This document shows, piece after piece, positions 49,550 through 57,413 of a DNA stretch of 64,000 nucleotides. The stretch spans positions 12,162 through 76,161 of the forward strand of contig ONKP01000005.1 of assembly GCA_900318405.1 (NCBI GenBank). Direction: 5' to 3'. Within the stretch, counting starts at the first letter, position 1. Every line of letters starts with the position of its first letter. The position numbers and the translations under genes are program-made. This DNA is from an uncultured Eubacteriales bacterium (GTDB taxonomy: Bacteria; Bacillota; Clostridia; Lachnospirales; Lachnospiraceae). Under the pieces are notes generated by a model, which worked only from the letters and a program-made list of their open reading frames with translations, made no database searches and was not told where the DNA came from.

Positions 49550-50536
49550 ATGCATATTACGGTTGCACTGGCTGCCTGGAACGGAGAAAAGTACATCCGT
49601 GAACAGCTGGATTCCATTCGTCTCCAGACACGCGTTCCCGATGAGATCATCGTATCGGATGATGCTTCGACTGACCATACATGGGAAATTCTGCAGGATT
49701 ATCAGAAGCAGTGGCCGGCGTTTCCGCTTGTCCTGCGCAGAAACAGTTCCAATGCCGGATACCGGCGGAATTTTTATCAGGCGCTGTCATACGGCAGGGA
49801 AAAGGCCGGCGGAGAAGATGCGCTTTTCATGCTCTGCGATCAGGATGATCTGTGGCTTCCGGAGAAGACGGAAACTGTGGCTGCTCTGTTTGCGGAACAT
49901 CCGGATATGGAGGTTCTCGCCTCCTCCTTTCTTCTGATCGGACCGGAAGGAGAACGGCTGCCAGACAGGACAGGAAAAGGCTGGTCAAACCAGCATCTCT
50001 ATCACAGAAACGTCGCTGCGGATGCGCTTGTCCGTGTGCCGGCTGAAGATCTGATCTATCATAATTTTGCCCAGGGCTGTGCCCTGGCTTTCAGGCCGCA
50101 TATCTGCGACAGCTTTCTCCGGAATTTTACGGATACCGTCCCTCATGACTGGCAGATCGTCATGATGGGTGCGGCTGAAAACGGCTTATGGTTATATCAT
50201 CATCCGCTGTTCTGCTACCGTATTCACGGCAATAATGTGCACGGTCTGCATGCAGATGCTTCCGGCGGACGGATGAACGCGGATTACCGGACACTGGAGG
50301 CGGAGCGGGCGGCAGCATTTCTGTCGTGGGTACAGAAGACCTTCCCCGATCTTTACGCTGCCAGCCGCAGCATGCAGAGGGCAGACAGCTTTCTGAAAGA
50401 GGATATCCGCTGCATACGCGAACGGGATGCTCTGGGGCTGTTGCGGCTGCTCCGGCGACCGGAGTACAGAAAACTGAAATCCGGGAAGGCCATGCTGGCG
50501 GATTTCGCTTCCACGGTATTTACGCAGCACGGATAA
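49550..50536 (+). CDS. Glycosyltransferase family 2 (probable rhamnosyltransferase)
   Basis: AAWNGEKYI, SDDASTD, LCDQDDLW, AQGCA, PHDW, YRIH. Confidence 0.87.
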   Translation: MHITVALAAWNGEKYIREQLDSIRLQTRVPDEIIVSDDASTDHTWEILQDYQKQWPAFPLVLRRNSSNAGYRRNFYQALSYGREKAGGEDALFMLCDQDDLWLPEKTETVAALFAEHPDMEVLASSFLLIGPEGERLPDRTGKGWSNQHLYHRNVAADALVRVPAEDLIYHNFAQGCALAFRPHICDSFLRNFTDTVPHDWQIVMMGAAENGLWLYHHPLFCYRIHGNNVHGLHADASGGRMNADYRTLEAERAAAFLSWVQKTFPDLYAASRSMQRADSFLKEDIRCIRERDALGLLRLLRRPEYRKLKSGKAMLADFASTVFTQHG

Positions 50537-50687
50537 TCGTTTGTCACTGCCTGTGCATGCTGTATGATGCGTGTGATACCTGGTAAAAACAGGATCTTTT
50601 GCAGAATACCCGACGTTCGGACGACGGCGTTTGCTGCCACTGGCAGTGCGCGAAGTTGATATAGCGCGGTGACTCTGCTCACAGCAC

Positions 50688-51647
50688 ATGGTTATCATGC
50701 TTATGAAAAAAAACAAGAAAACAGTTATCTCCTGTATAGCGTTTATCCTGCTGATCATCTGGGTTGTTCTGACCGTTTGGAATAAAGCGGTACCGATTGT
50801 TGAGCAGAAACAGACAGACGGTTCGTTTTCCCTGTTTCCGGGAGAATGGCGATTTACCCGCTGCGCGGGAACATCGGAAAAACAGAGCATGTTCTATTCC
50901 ATTGTTGATGCGAAGGGCAGGCTGGTGCTCATTGACGGCGGATGGGATGAGGCTGGTGATATTGAACAGGTTATGTCTGTGATCCGGGCGCATGACAATC
51001 ATGTGACGGCCTGGATCATAACACACCCGCATCCGGATCACGTGGGCGCATTTAATGGCGTCATCCGCACATATGGCAGTGAAGTTACCATTGATCATAT
51101 TTACACAGTGCCGGTTAACCGGGAACGGTATGAAGAGACCGCACAGGACTATGATGTGCTGAGTGCATACGAGGACTTCCTGCAGCTGACAGAGGGAATG
51201 AACAATATCACTTTTCTCAGGGAAAATGACGAACTTGATCTGATCGGCATGAAGATGAAGGTGCTGCATTCCTGGGACGGGCACACGGACGAATTACAGG
51301 ATCATCTGTGCAATGACGGATCAATGATGTTTCGCCTGACAGGAAGAAAAAACAGCATGTTGTTCTGTGCAGATGTCCAGAAGGAAATGGAACAGTATAT
51401 CCTGCCTGCGCATGAACAGGAGCTGTCATCTGATTTTGTGCAGTGTGCACATCACGGTAACTGGGGACTTTCACAGGAATTTTATGATATCGTCAGCCCG
51501 CAGAGAGCTTTTATCGATGCGCCTGCATCCATCACCGGAGATACAACGGGTACGTATGACTGCCCTTCGCTGATTGCACATCTGCAGGGAAATGGTGTCG
51601 ATGTGGTCACGTGGACGGAACAGCAGTACAACTTCCTGTTCCGATGA
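50688..51647 (+). CDS. Membrane-anchored MBL-fold metallo-hydrolase (ComEC/Pce-like)
   Basis: N-terminal TM, LIDGG, THPHPDHVG (HxHxDH), NDGSM, FCAD, QCAHHG. Confidence 0.87.
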   Translation: MVIMLMKKNKKTVISCIAFILLIIWVVLTVWNKAVPIVEQKQTDGSFSLFPGEWRFTRCAGTSEKQSMFYSIVDAKGRLVLIDGGWDEAGDIEQVMSVIRAHDNHVTAWIITHPHPDHVGAFNGVIRTYGSEVTIDHIYTVPVNRERYEETAQDYDVLSAYEDFLQLTEGMNNITFLRENDELDLIGMKMKVLHSWDGHTDELQDHLCNDGSMMFRLTGRKNSMLFCADVQKEMEQYILPAHEQELSSDFVQCAHHGNWGLSQEFYDIVSPQRAFIDAPASITGDTTGTYDCPSLIAHLQGNGVDVVTWTEQQYNFLFR

Positions 51648-51662
51648 ATAAAGGATACGAAC

Positions 51663-52904
51663 ATGATGATGATTGCTGAGTTCATTCTTTTGCTGGTCTG
51701 GCTGCTGATTCTTCCGATCATGCTTGGCCTGATGTTTTTCCCGGCGTATGCCGCCGGAGGCAGAGACAGAGCGGGATACAGGAACAGGGCAGACAGCAGG
51801 AACAGGCCGGCAGACACAGACAGTGACAGAAAAAAGCCGGGCATTTCAGGAATGATCTGGTGCCTGCTTTCCGGGACGGTGCTGATGTGGGCTGTGTTCG
51901 AACTGATCGCTGTACCGGGTCTGCTCGGTCATATGCGCTTTTCAACAGCTGTCGGTCTGTGGCTGGCGTTTCTGGCGGCGATCCTGATCGTTTACAGTCT
52001 CACGACAAGACGGCTGCCCTTGTGCAGAGATGTGTCTCTGAGAGCGCCGGATGTGCGTTCGTTTTTTCGCAGGCATACACGGGGTATGACACTGCTCACC
52101 TGGATTCTGCTGGCAGCGGTAATCTGTTCCGTGGGATATCAGGTTTGCATGTATATCTTCGGAAGTTACATGGATGCGGATGATTCCCGGTTTGTCGCGG
52201 AGGCAACAGAGGCGTTTCAGCAGAACACAATACTGGAGATGAATCCGGCAACGGGTGTGCAGAGCCGGGACTGGTCGGAGATCACAAAGGATATGCCTTC
52301 GCCCTGGACGATATGGCTGGCACTTCTGTCGCGCCTCAGCTGTATCCATCCGGCAATCTTCAGCCATACGGTCTATGCCCCCTGGCTGCTTCTGCTCTTT
52401 TACGCCATTGTTTTTCTCGGCGGACAGAGACTTTTTCAGAATGATAAAAATAAAGTCCTGCTGTTTGAACTTGTGGCGTCTGTCTGCATGATGTTTTTTG
52501 CCGGATCATCCAGAACGGCAGGAGAGTTTACCCTGCACAGGATATGGCAGGGCAAGGCGACGGTGGCGGGTGTCGGCATTCCTCTGCTTATGCTGGAGCT
52601 CCTGATCCTGTATCAGACAGCAGAAGTCCGTCGGAAGAAAAATGATACGGTTCCGTGGAAAGGCAGTTTTCTGGTGCAGCATCCTTTCCGCGCGTGGCTG
52701 ATTCTTTTTCTCACGGATGCCGGCTGTTGTCTGATGTCCGGTATGGGTGTGATACTGGCGGCGCTGCTGATTGGCGTCGGAGGCCTGTGGTATCTGCTGG
52801 CTTATCGCAGAATTCGTCCGGTACTTGCCATGGCAGCTGCGTGTATACCATCGGCCATCTGCGGCGTTCTGTCGGTGTGGCTGACATCGGCTGGCGTCAG
52901 CTGA
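51663..52904 (+). CDS. Multi-pass membrane protein (DUF6077-like)
   Basis: About 10 TMs; loop motif DADDSRFV, IHPAIFSHT, RIWQGKA. Family recalled from motifs, not searched. Confidence 0.7.
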   Translation: MMMIAEFILLLVWLLILPIMLGLMFFPAYAAGGRDRAGYRNRADSRNRPADTDSDRKKPGISGMIWCLLSGTVLMWAVFELIAVPGLLGHMRFSTAVGLWLAFLAAILIVYSLTTRRLPLCRDVSLRAPDVRSFFRRHTRGMTLLTWILLAAVICSVGYQVCMYIFGSYMDADDSRFVAEATEAFQQNTILEMNPATGVQSRDWSEITKDMPSPWTIWLALLSRLSCIHPAIFSHTVYAPWLLLLFYAIVFLGGQRLFQNDKNKVLLFELVASVCMMFFAGSSRTAGEFTLHRIWQGKATVAGVGIPLLMLELLILYQTAEVRRKKNDTVPWKGSFLVQHPFRAWLILFLTDAGCCLMSGMGVILAALLIGVGGLWYLLAYRRIRPVLAMAAACIPSAICGVLSVWLTSAGVS

Positions 52905-52917
52905 CAGGGGATTGACA

Positions 52918-53694
52918 ATGAAAGATATCATATTCGGGATTTTTTCCATATTGAAAGAGTCCATGGCAGGCAATCTGATCTTTCCCATGTATCTGGTCAG
53001 TCTGGTTTACCTGTTTTTCGCGAAGCCGGAGAAGAGAAGGATCATCATAGGACCGTCCGTGCTGCTAATGCTGGTGATTTTTGCACCGCATCTGTATCAG
53101 TATGTGTATCTGAAAGTGTTCAAATATGCGTACTGGCGGGCATTCTGGCTGATTCCGGCTGTTCCGGTGATCGCCTGCGCAGCCGTGAGCCTGCTGACGG
53201 ATCTTCCGAAAAAATGGATGAAGGCCGCAGCTTCTGCAGCTCTGGCTGTTATCATCTGTATCGGTGGAACGAATGCGTATTCCGCTTATATGACAGACCA
53301 TTTCACACGGGCTGCCAATGCATACAAGATTCCCCAGGCGGTTGTCGACGTGGATAATGCCCTGCTGGCCATGGACAGCAGACCTTATGTGGTCATGCAC
53401 CCGGATCTTTTCTGCTATTCGAGAGTATATTCCTCAAATATTATGCAGATGTATGGAAGAGATGCCTACAGCTTTATTTCTCACAACATCGATGATGAAG
53501 CAAAGAGTGTATTTGACCAGATGAGCAGCGGAAATCCGGATTATGCTTATGTGGCGGATATCATGAGGAAGCGCGGCTATTCATATCTGGTCATCAGGCA
53601 GGACGAAGAGCCGGCTGACGGTGTTATGGAAGCCTGCGGTTTTTCCTTCCGGCAGGCAGCTGACGGCTATCTGATTTATGCACTGGCAGGATAA
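52918..53694 (+). CDS. Hypothetical membrane protein with a C-terminal extracytoplasmic domain
   Basis: About 4 TMs, YWRAFWLIP, NAYKIP, then a soluble domain. Confidence 0.75.
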   Translation: MKDIIFGIFSILKESMAGNLIFPMYLVSLVYLFFAKPEKRRIIIGPSVLLMLVIFAPHLYQYVYLKVFKYAYWRAFWLIPAVPVIACAAVSLLTDLPKKWMKAAASAALAVIICIGGTNAYSAYMTDHFTRAANAYKIPQAVVDVDNALLAMDSRPYVVMHPDLFCYSRVYSSNIMQMYGRDAYSFISHNIDDEAKSVFDQMSSGNPDYAYVADIMRKRGYSYLVIRQDEEPADGVMEACGFSFRQAADGYLIYALAG

Positions 53695-53810
53695 CAGTAC
53701 AGCCAACCACCGACGCCTGCGGAGGTCCCGGCTTGGGGGTCCCCATGTGTTCCGTGGCTCTGGCAGCGTCTGAGCTGTAACCCGTGGGCTGTTCGGAAAG
53801 CGTACACAGC

Positions 53811-53839
53811 TTGCACATTACAAAAGCAGGATTTATAAT
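53811..53839 (+). promoter_or_regulatory. Putative sigma-A promoter of rmlC-wzm-wzt
   Basis: TTGCAC, 17 bp, TATAAT. Confidence 0.65.
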
Positions 53840-53941
53840 GAAATACCGTGCCTGACAGGCCGAAGACCGCGTCAGGCAGCTGGCAGGTATTTATCAGAAC
53901 TTATCTTACAAATTTGTAAATCAGAAGAAACGAGGTAAATC

Positions 53942-54523
53942 ATGGGACAAATCAGTGTTCAGAAGGATTGCGGCGGTATTCAGGGACTTTACGTGATCGA
54001 GCCGAAGGTGTTCGGTGACAATCGGGGCTATTTCATGGAAACCTATAACTATCAGGATTTCAGTGCGGCGGGAATTGACTGTCAGTTCGTACAGGACAAT
54101 CAGTCTGCATCGAAGAAAGGCGTCCTTCGCGGCCTTCACTTTCAGATCCACTATCCGCAGGATAAGCTGGTCCGCTGCATCCGCGGTTCCGTTTTTGATG
54201 TGGCAGTGGATCTCCGTGAGGGCAGCAGCACCTTCGGAAAGTGGTTCGGTGTTGAACTGACGGAGGAAAACAAGAAGCAGTTCTTTATTCCGAAGAATTT
54301 CGCTCATGGTTTTATCGTACTTTCCGACTATGCCGAGTTCTGCTATAAGGTGACGGATTTCTATCATCCGAATGATGAGGGCGGCCTTATGTGGAATGAT
54401 CCGGATATCAATGTGCAGTGGCCGATGCCGGAAGGCATGACTGCCGATGATCTTATCTTTTCAGAAAAAGACAAGGTAAACTGGAGTTATCAGGAGTTTC
54501 TGCAGCGCAGAAAAAATTTCTGA
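53942..54523 (+). CDS. rfbC: dTDP-4-dehydrorhamnose 3,5-epimerase
   Basis: FGDNRGYFMETY, VQDNQS, GVLRGLHFQ, DVAVDLR, FAHGF, YKVTDFY. Confidence 0.97.
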   Translation: MGQISVQKDCGGIQGLYVIEPKVFGDNRGYFMETYNYQDFSAAGIDCQFVQDNQSASKKGVLRGLHFQIHYPQDKLVRCIRGSVFDVAVDLREGSSTFGKWFGVELTEENKKQFFIPKNFAHGFIVLSDYAEFCYKVTDFYHPNDEGGLMWNDPDINVQWPMPEGMTADDLIFSEKDKVNWSYQEFLQRRKNF

Positions 54524-54544
54524 GTGGCAATTTCTTGCTGAGGA

Positions 54545-55987
54545 ATGATTCGGATGAAGAAAAAAAGTACAATAGTCCGCGTGATCCTGGCTGTTCTGGC
54601 AGTGCTGATCATTGTGGGCGTAATCAAATACAGACCGGGTGAACTGCAGGAGGTCATCAGCCTGGATGTCACCATGTCTTCGCCGAAGGCGGAGGCCTGC
54701 AAAGTGTACTATCTGAAGTCCGGTGAGGAAAACGGGGACTTTAATGAAGACGAAACAGAGCAGGGTTCCTACACCGGCAACGGCGAGATGCAGACGGTGT
54801 CGATCGAGATACCTCTCGACACGGCGGTCATTCGTTTTGATCCTGCGGCGGAAAGCTGCCAGGTGGATATCTCCCGGATTGCGGTCAACCATCGGGGACG
54901 CACGATTTTTTCCCTGTCGCTGGATGATGACGTACAGAACATGGTCAGCATCAATGCGGTGAAGAAGGGAGATGTCTATTCCCTGGACCTCACCAGCAAT
55001 GACGGCTATATCGTATTTCATGCCATTGACCCGGCAGAGACGCAGGCGGGCATTCAGCGGATCGATGAGGAGATCGCAACGGAGCCGCTTTCGGCAGGAC
55101 AGATTGTCCTTCGCGTCCTGGTCTGTGCTGTTGTCGCATTGCTTTTCTTCCTTCTCATATGGAAGTGGAATGCCATATCCTCGATTCCGATCGAGGTCGT
55201 CAGAAACAGGAAGCTGGTCGGCTCTCTCGGCCGCAATGATTTCCGCAATAAATTCGCGGGTTCGTTCTTCGGCACATTCTGGGCCTTTGTACAGCCGGTT
55301 GTGACAATATTTGTCTACTGGTTTGTATTTCAGAGGGCTCTGAACGTGGGAAGTCAGGTGACGAAGGGCGGCATTGAGGTCCCTTATGTACTCTGGCTGC
55401 TGTCCGGTCTTGTTCCCTGGTTCTTTTTCTCTGATGCCATGGGATCGGGCTCGAATGCTCTGATGGAATATACCTATCTGGTAAAAAAGGTCGTATTCCA
55501 TGTCAGCTGCCTGCCGGTGGTGAAGATCCTGTCGAGTCTGTATGTGCATCTGTTCTTTGTTGCATTCACACTGATTATGTATACTGCCTACGGCATGTTC
55601 CCGGGGTGGTTCTCATTTCAGCTGCTGTATTATTCACTGGCCATGCTGATCAATGTGACGGGAGTGGTCTATTTAACGAGCGCCATCGTCGCATTTTTCC
55701 GTGATATGTCTCAGATCGTCAATATCGTTCTTCAGGTCGGCGTGTGGTTCACTCCGATCATGTGGAATATTGATGCGATGAATGTATCCGGTGCGCTTCT
55801 GGTTATTCTGAAGGCCAACCCCATGTATTACATCGTCATGGGATACAGGGATTCTCTCATCAACCACATCTGGTTCTGGCAGAGACCGGCCATCACGCTG
55901 TATTTCTGGCTGGTGACGATCCTGATTTTTATCTGCGGCACACACGTATTCCGCAGACTGCAGCCGCATTTTGCGGACGTGCTTTAA
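54545..55987 (+). CDS. wzm: Polysaccharide ABC transporter permease (Wzm) with an extra N-terminal extracellular domain
   Basis: C-terminal ~270 aa: DFRNKFAGSFFGTFWAFVQP, GLVPWFFF, YLVKKVVF, FRDMSQ, TPIMW, NPMYYIV. Preceded by TM, beta-rich domain and TM. Confidence 0.9.
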   Translation: MIRMKKKSTIVRVILAVLAVLIIVGVIKYRPGELQEVISLDVTMSSPKAEACKVYYLKSGEENGDFNEDETEQGSYTGNGEMQTVSIEIPLDTAVIRFDPAAESCQVDISRIAVNHRGRTIFSLSLDDDVQNMVSINAVKKGDVYSLDLTSNDGYIVFHAIDPAETQAGIQRIDEEIATEPLSAGQIVLRVLVCAVVALLFFLLIWKWNAISSIPIEVVRNRKLVGSLGRNDFRNKFAGSFFGTFWAFVQPVVTIFVYWFVFQRALNVGSQVTKGGIEVPYVLWLLSGLVPWFFFSDAMGSGSNALMEYTYLVKKVVFHVSCLPVVKILSSLYVHLFFVAFTLIMYTAYGMFPGWFSFQLLYYSLAMLINVTGVVYLTSAIVAFFRDMSQIVNIVLQVGVWFTPIMWNIDAMNVSGALLVILKANPMYYIVMGYRDSLINHIWFWQRPAITLYFWLVTILIFICGTHVFRRLQPHFADVL

Positions 55988-56000
55988 GGAGGTATCCGTA

Positions 56001-57356
56001 ATGAGTGATGATTACGCGATCCGCGTCAGCGACGTCAGCAAAATGTACAAGATGTACGCCCGCAAGCAGGACCGCCTGCTGGAGGCGCTCGGCCTGTCAA
56101 AAAAACGCCGCTACACGGAATATTATGCGCTGAATCATGTGAGCTTTGATGTGAAAAAAGGCGAGACCGTCGGTCTGATCGGAACGAACGGCGCCGGAAA
56201 GTCGACGATGCTGAAGATCATCACGGGCGTTCTTCAGCCGACGGGAGGTACGGTGGATATCCGCGGACGGATTTCGGCTCTGCTGGAACTCGGTGCCGGC
56301 TTCAACCCGGAGTACACGGGTGTTGAAAACGTCTATCTGAACGGCACGATGATGGGCTATTCCCGTGCCGAGGTCGATGCAAAAATGAAGGACATCCTCG
56401 ACTTTGCCGATATCGGAGATTTCGTCAATCAGCCCGTCAAGAATTATTCCTCCGGTATGTTTGTGCGGCTGGCCTTCGCCGTCGCCATCAATATCGATCC
56501 GGAGATCCTCATCGTAGATGAAGCACTCTCGGTAGGCGATATATTTTTCCAGGCGAAGTGCTATGCGAAGTTCGATGAATTCAAGCGCGAGGGCAAGACT
56601 ATCCTTCTCGTAAGTCATGACCTCAGTTCCGTGTCCAAATACTGCGACCGTGTCATCCTTCTGAACAAGGGTGAGAAGCTGGCAGAGGGCACGCCGAAGG
56701 ACATGATCAACCTGTATAAGAAGATCCTCACAGGTTCATCAGACGACATTCAGGATCTGACGGAAAACCACAGCGATGAGCTCTCCGGTACGATCAGCAC
56801 AGACCAGCTGCGCGCGGAGCAGAAGAAGACCTACAAGGGCGATTCCATCCGCGAGGGAGCCGATGACAGTGAGGAGTGGAAATCACATTTCGCGATCAAT
56901 CCCAAACTCAATGAGTACGGGAATCACCGCGCGGAGATTGTGGATTTCGCCATTGTCGATGAGAACGGCAACCTGACCAGTACCATTGTCAAGGGAACGA
57001 ACTTTCAGATCCGGACCAAGATCCGGTTCAATGATGATATTAAGGAACCCATATTCACCTACACATTCCGGAATGCGCGCGGTATCGACATCACCGGCAC
57101 GAACACGATGCTGGAGGGAAAAGCAGTGCCGTTTGCACATAAGGGCGAAGTGTATGTGGTCACATACGACCAGCGCATGACGCTGCAGGGCGGTGAATAC
57201 CTGCTGTCGATGAGCTGTACGGGCTACGTCAACGGAAATCTGACAGCTTATCACAGGTGCTATGACCTGCTCAGTGTCTCCGTTGTATCCAATAAAAATA
57301 CAGTCGGATTTTATGATATGGAATCCGTGACCACGGTGAAAAAGGTACTGGATTAA
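56001..57356 (+). CDS. wzt: Polysaccharide ABC transporter ATPase (Wzt) with a C-terminal carbohydrate-binding module
   Basis: GTNGAGKST, LLELGAGF, YSSGMFVRLAF, IVDEALSVGD, plus a ~150-aa Wzt_C-like beta domain. Confidence 0.93.
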   Translation: MSDDYAIRVSDVSKMYKMYARKQDRLLEALGLSKKRRYTEYYALNHVSFDVKKGETVGLIGTNGAGKSTMLKIITGVLQPTGGTVDIRGRISALLELGAGFNPEYTGVENVYLNGTMMGYSRAEVDAKMKDILDFADIGDFVNQPVKNYSSGMFVRLAFAVAINIDPEILIVDEALSVGDIFFQAKCYAKFDEFKREGKTILLVSHDLSSVSKYCDRVILLNKGEKLAEGTPKDMINLYKKILTGSSDDIQDLTENHSDELSGTISTDQLRAEQKKTYKGDSIREGADDSEEWKSHFAINPKLNEYGNHRAEIVDFAIVDENGNLTSTIVKGTNFQIRTKIRFNDDIKEPIFTYTFRNARGIDITGTNTMLEGKAVPFAHKGEVYVVTYDQRMTLQGGEYLLSMSCTGYVNGNLTAYHRCYDLLSVSVVSNKNTVGFYDMESVTTVKKVLD

Positions 57357-57413
57357 ACGTCGACGCGGCAGGTTTAATACAGTACAAAAACATGGTATTT
57401 ACAGAGGAAAGAT

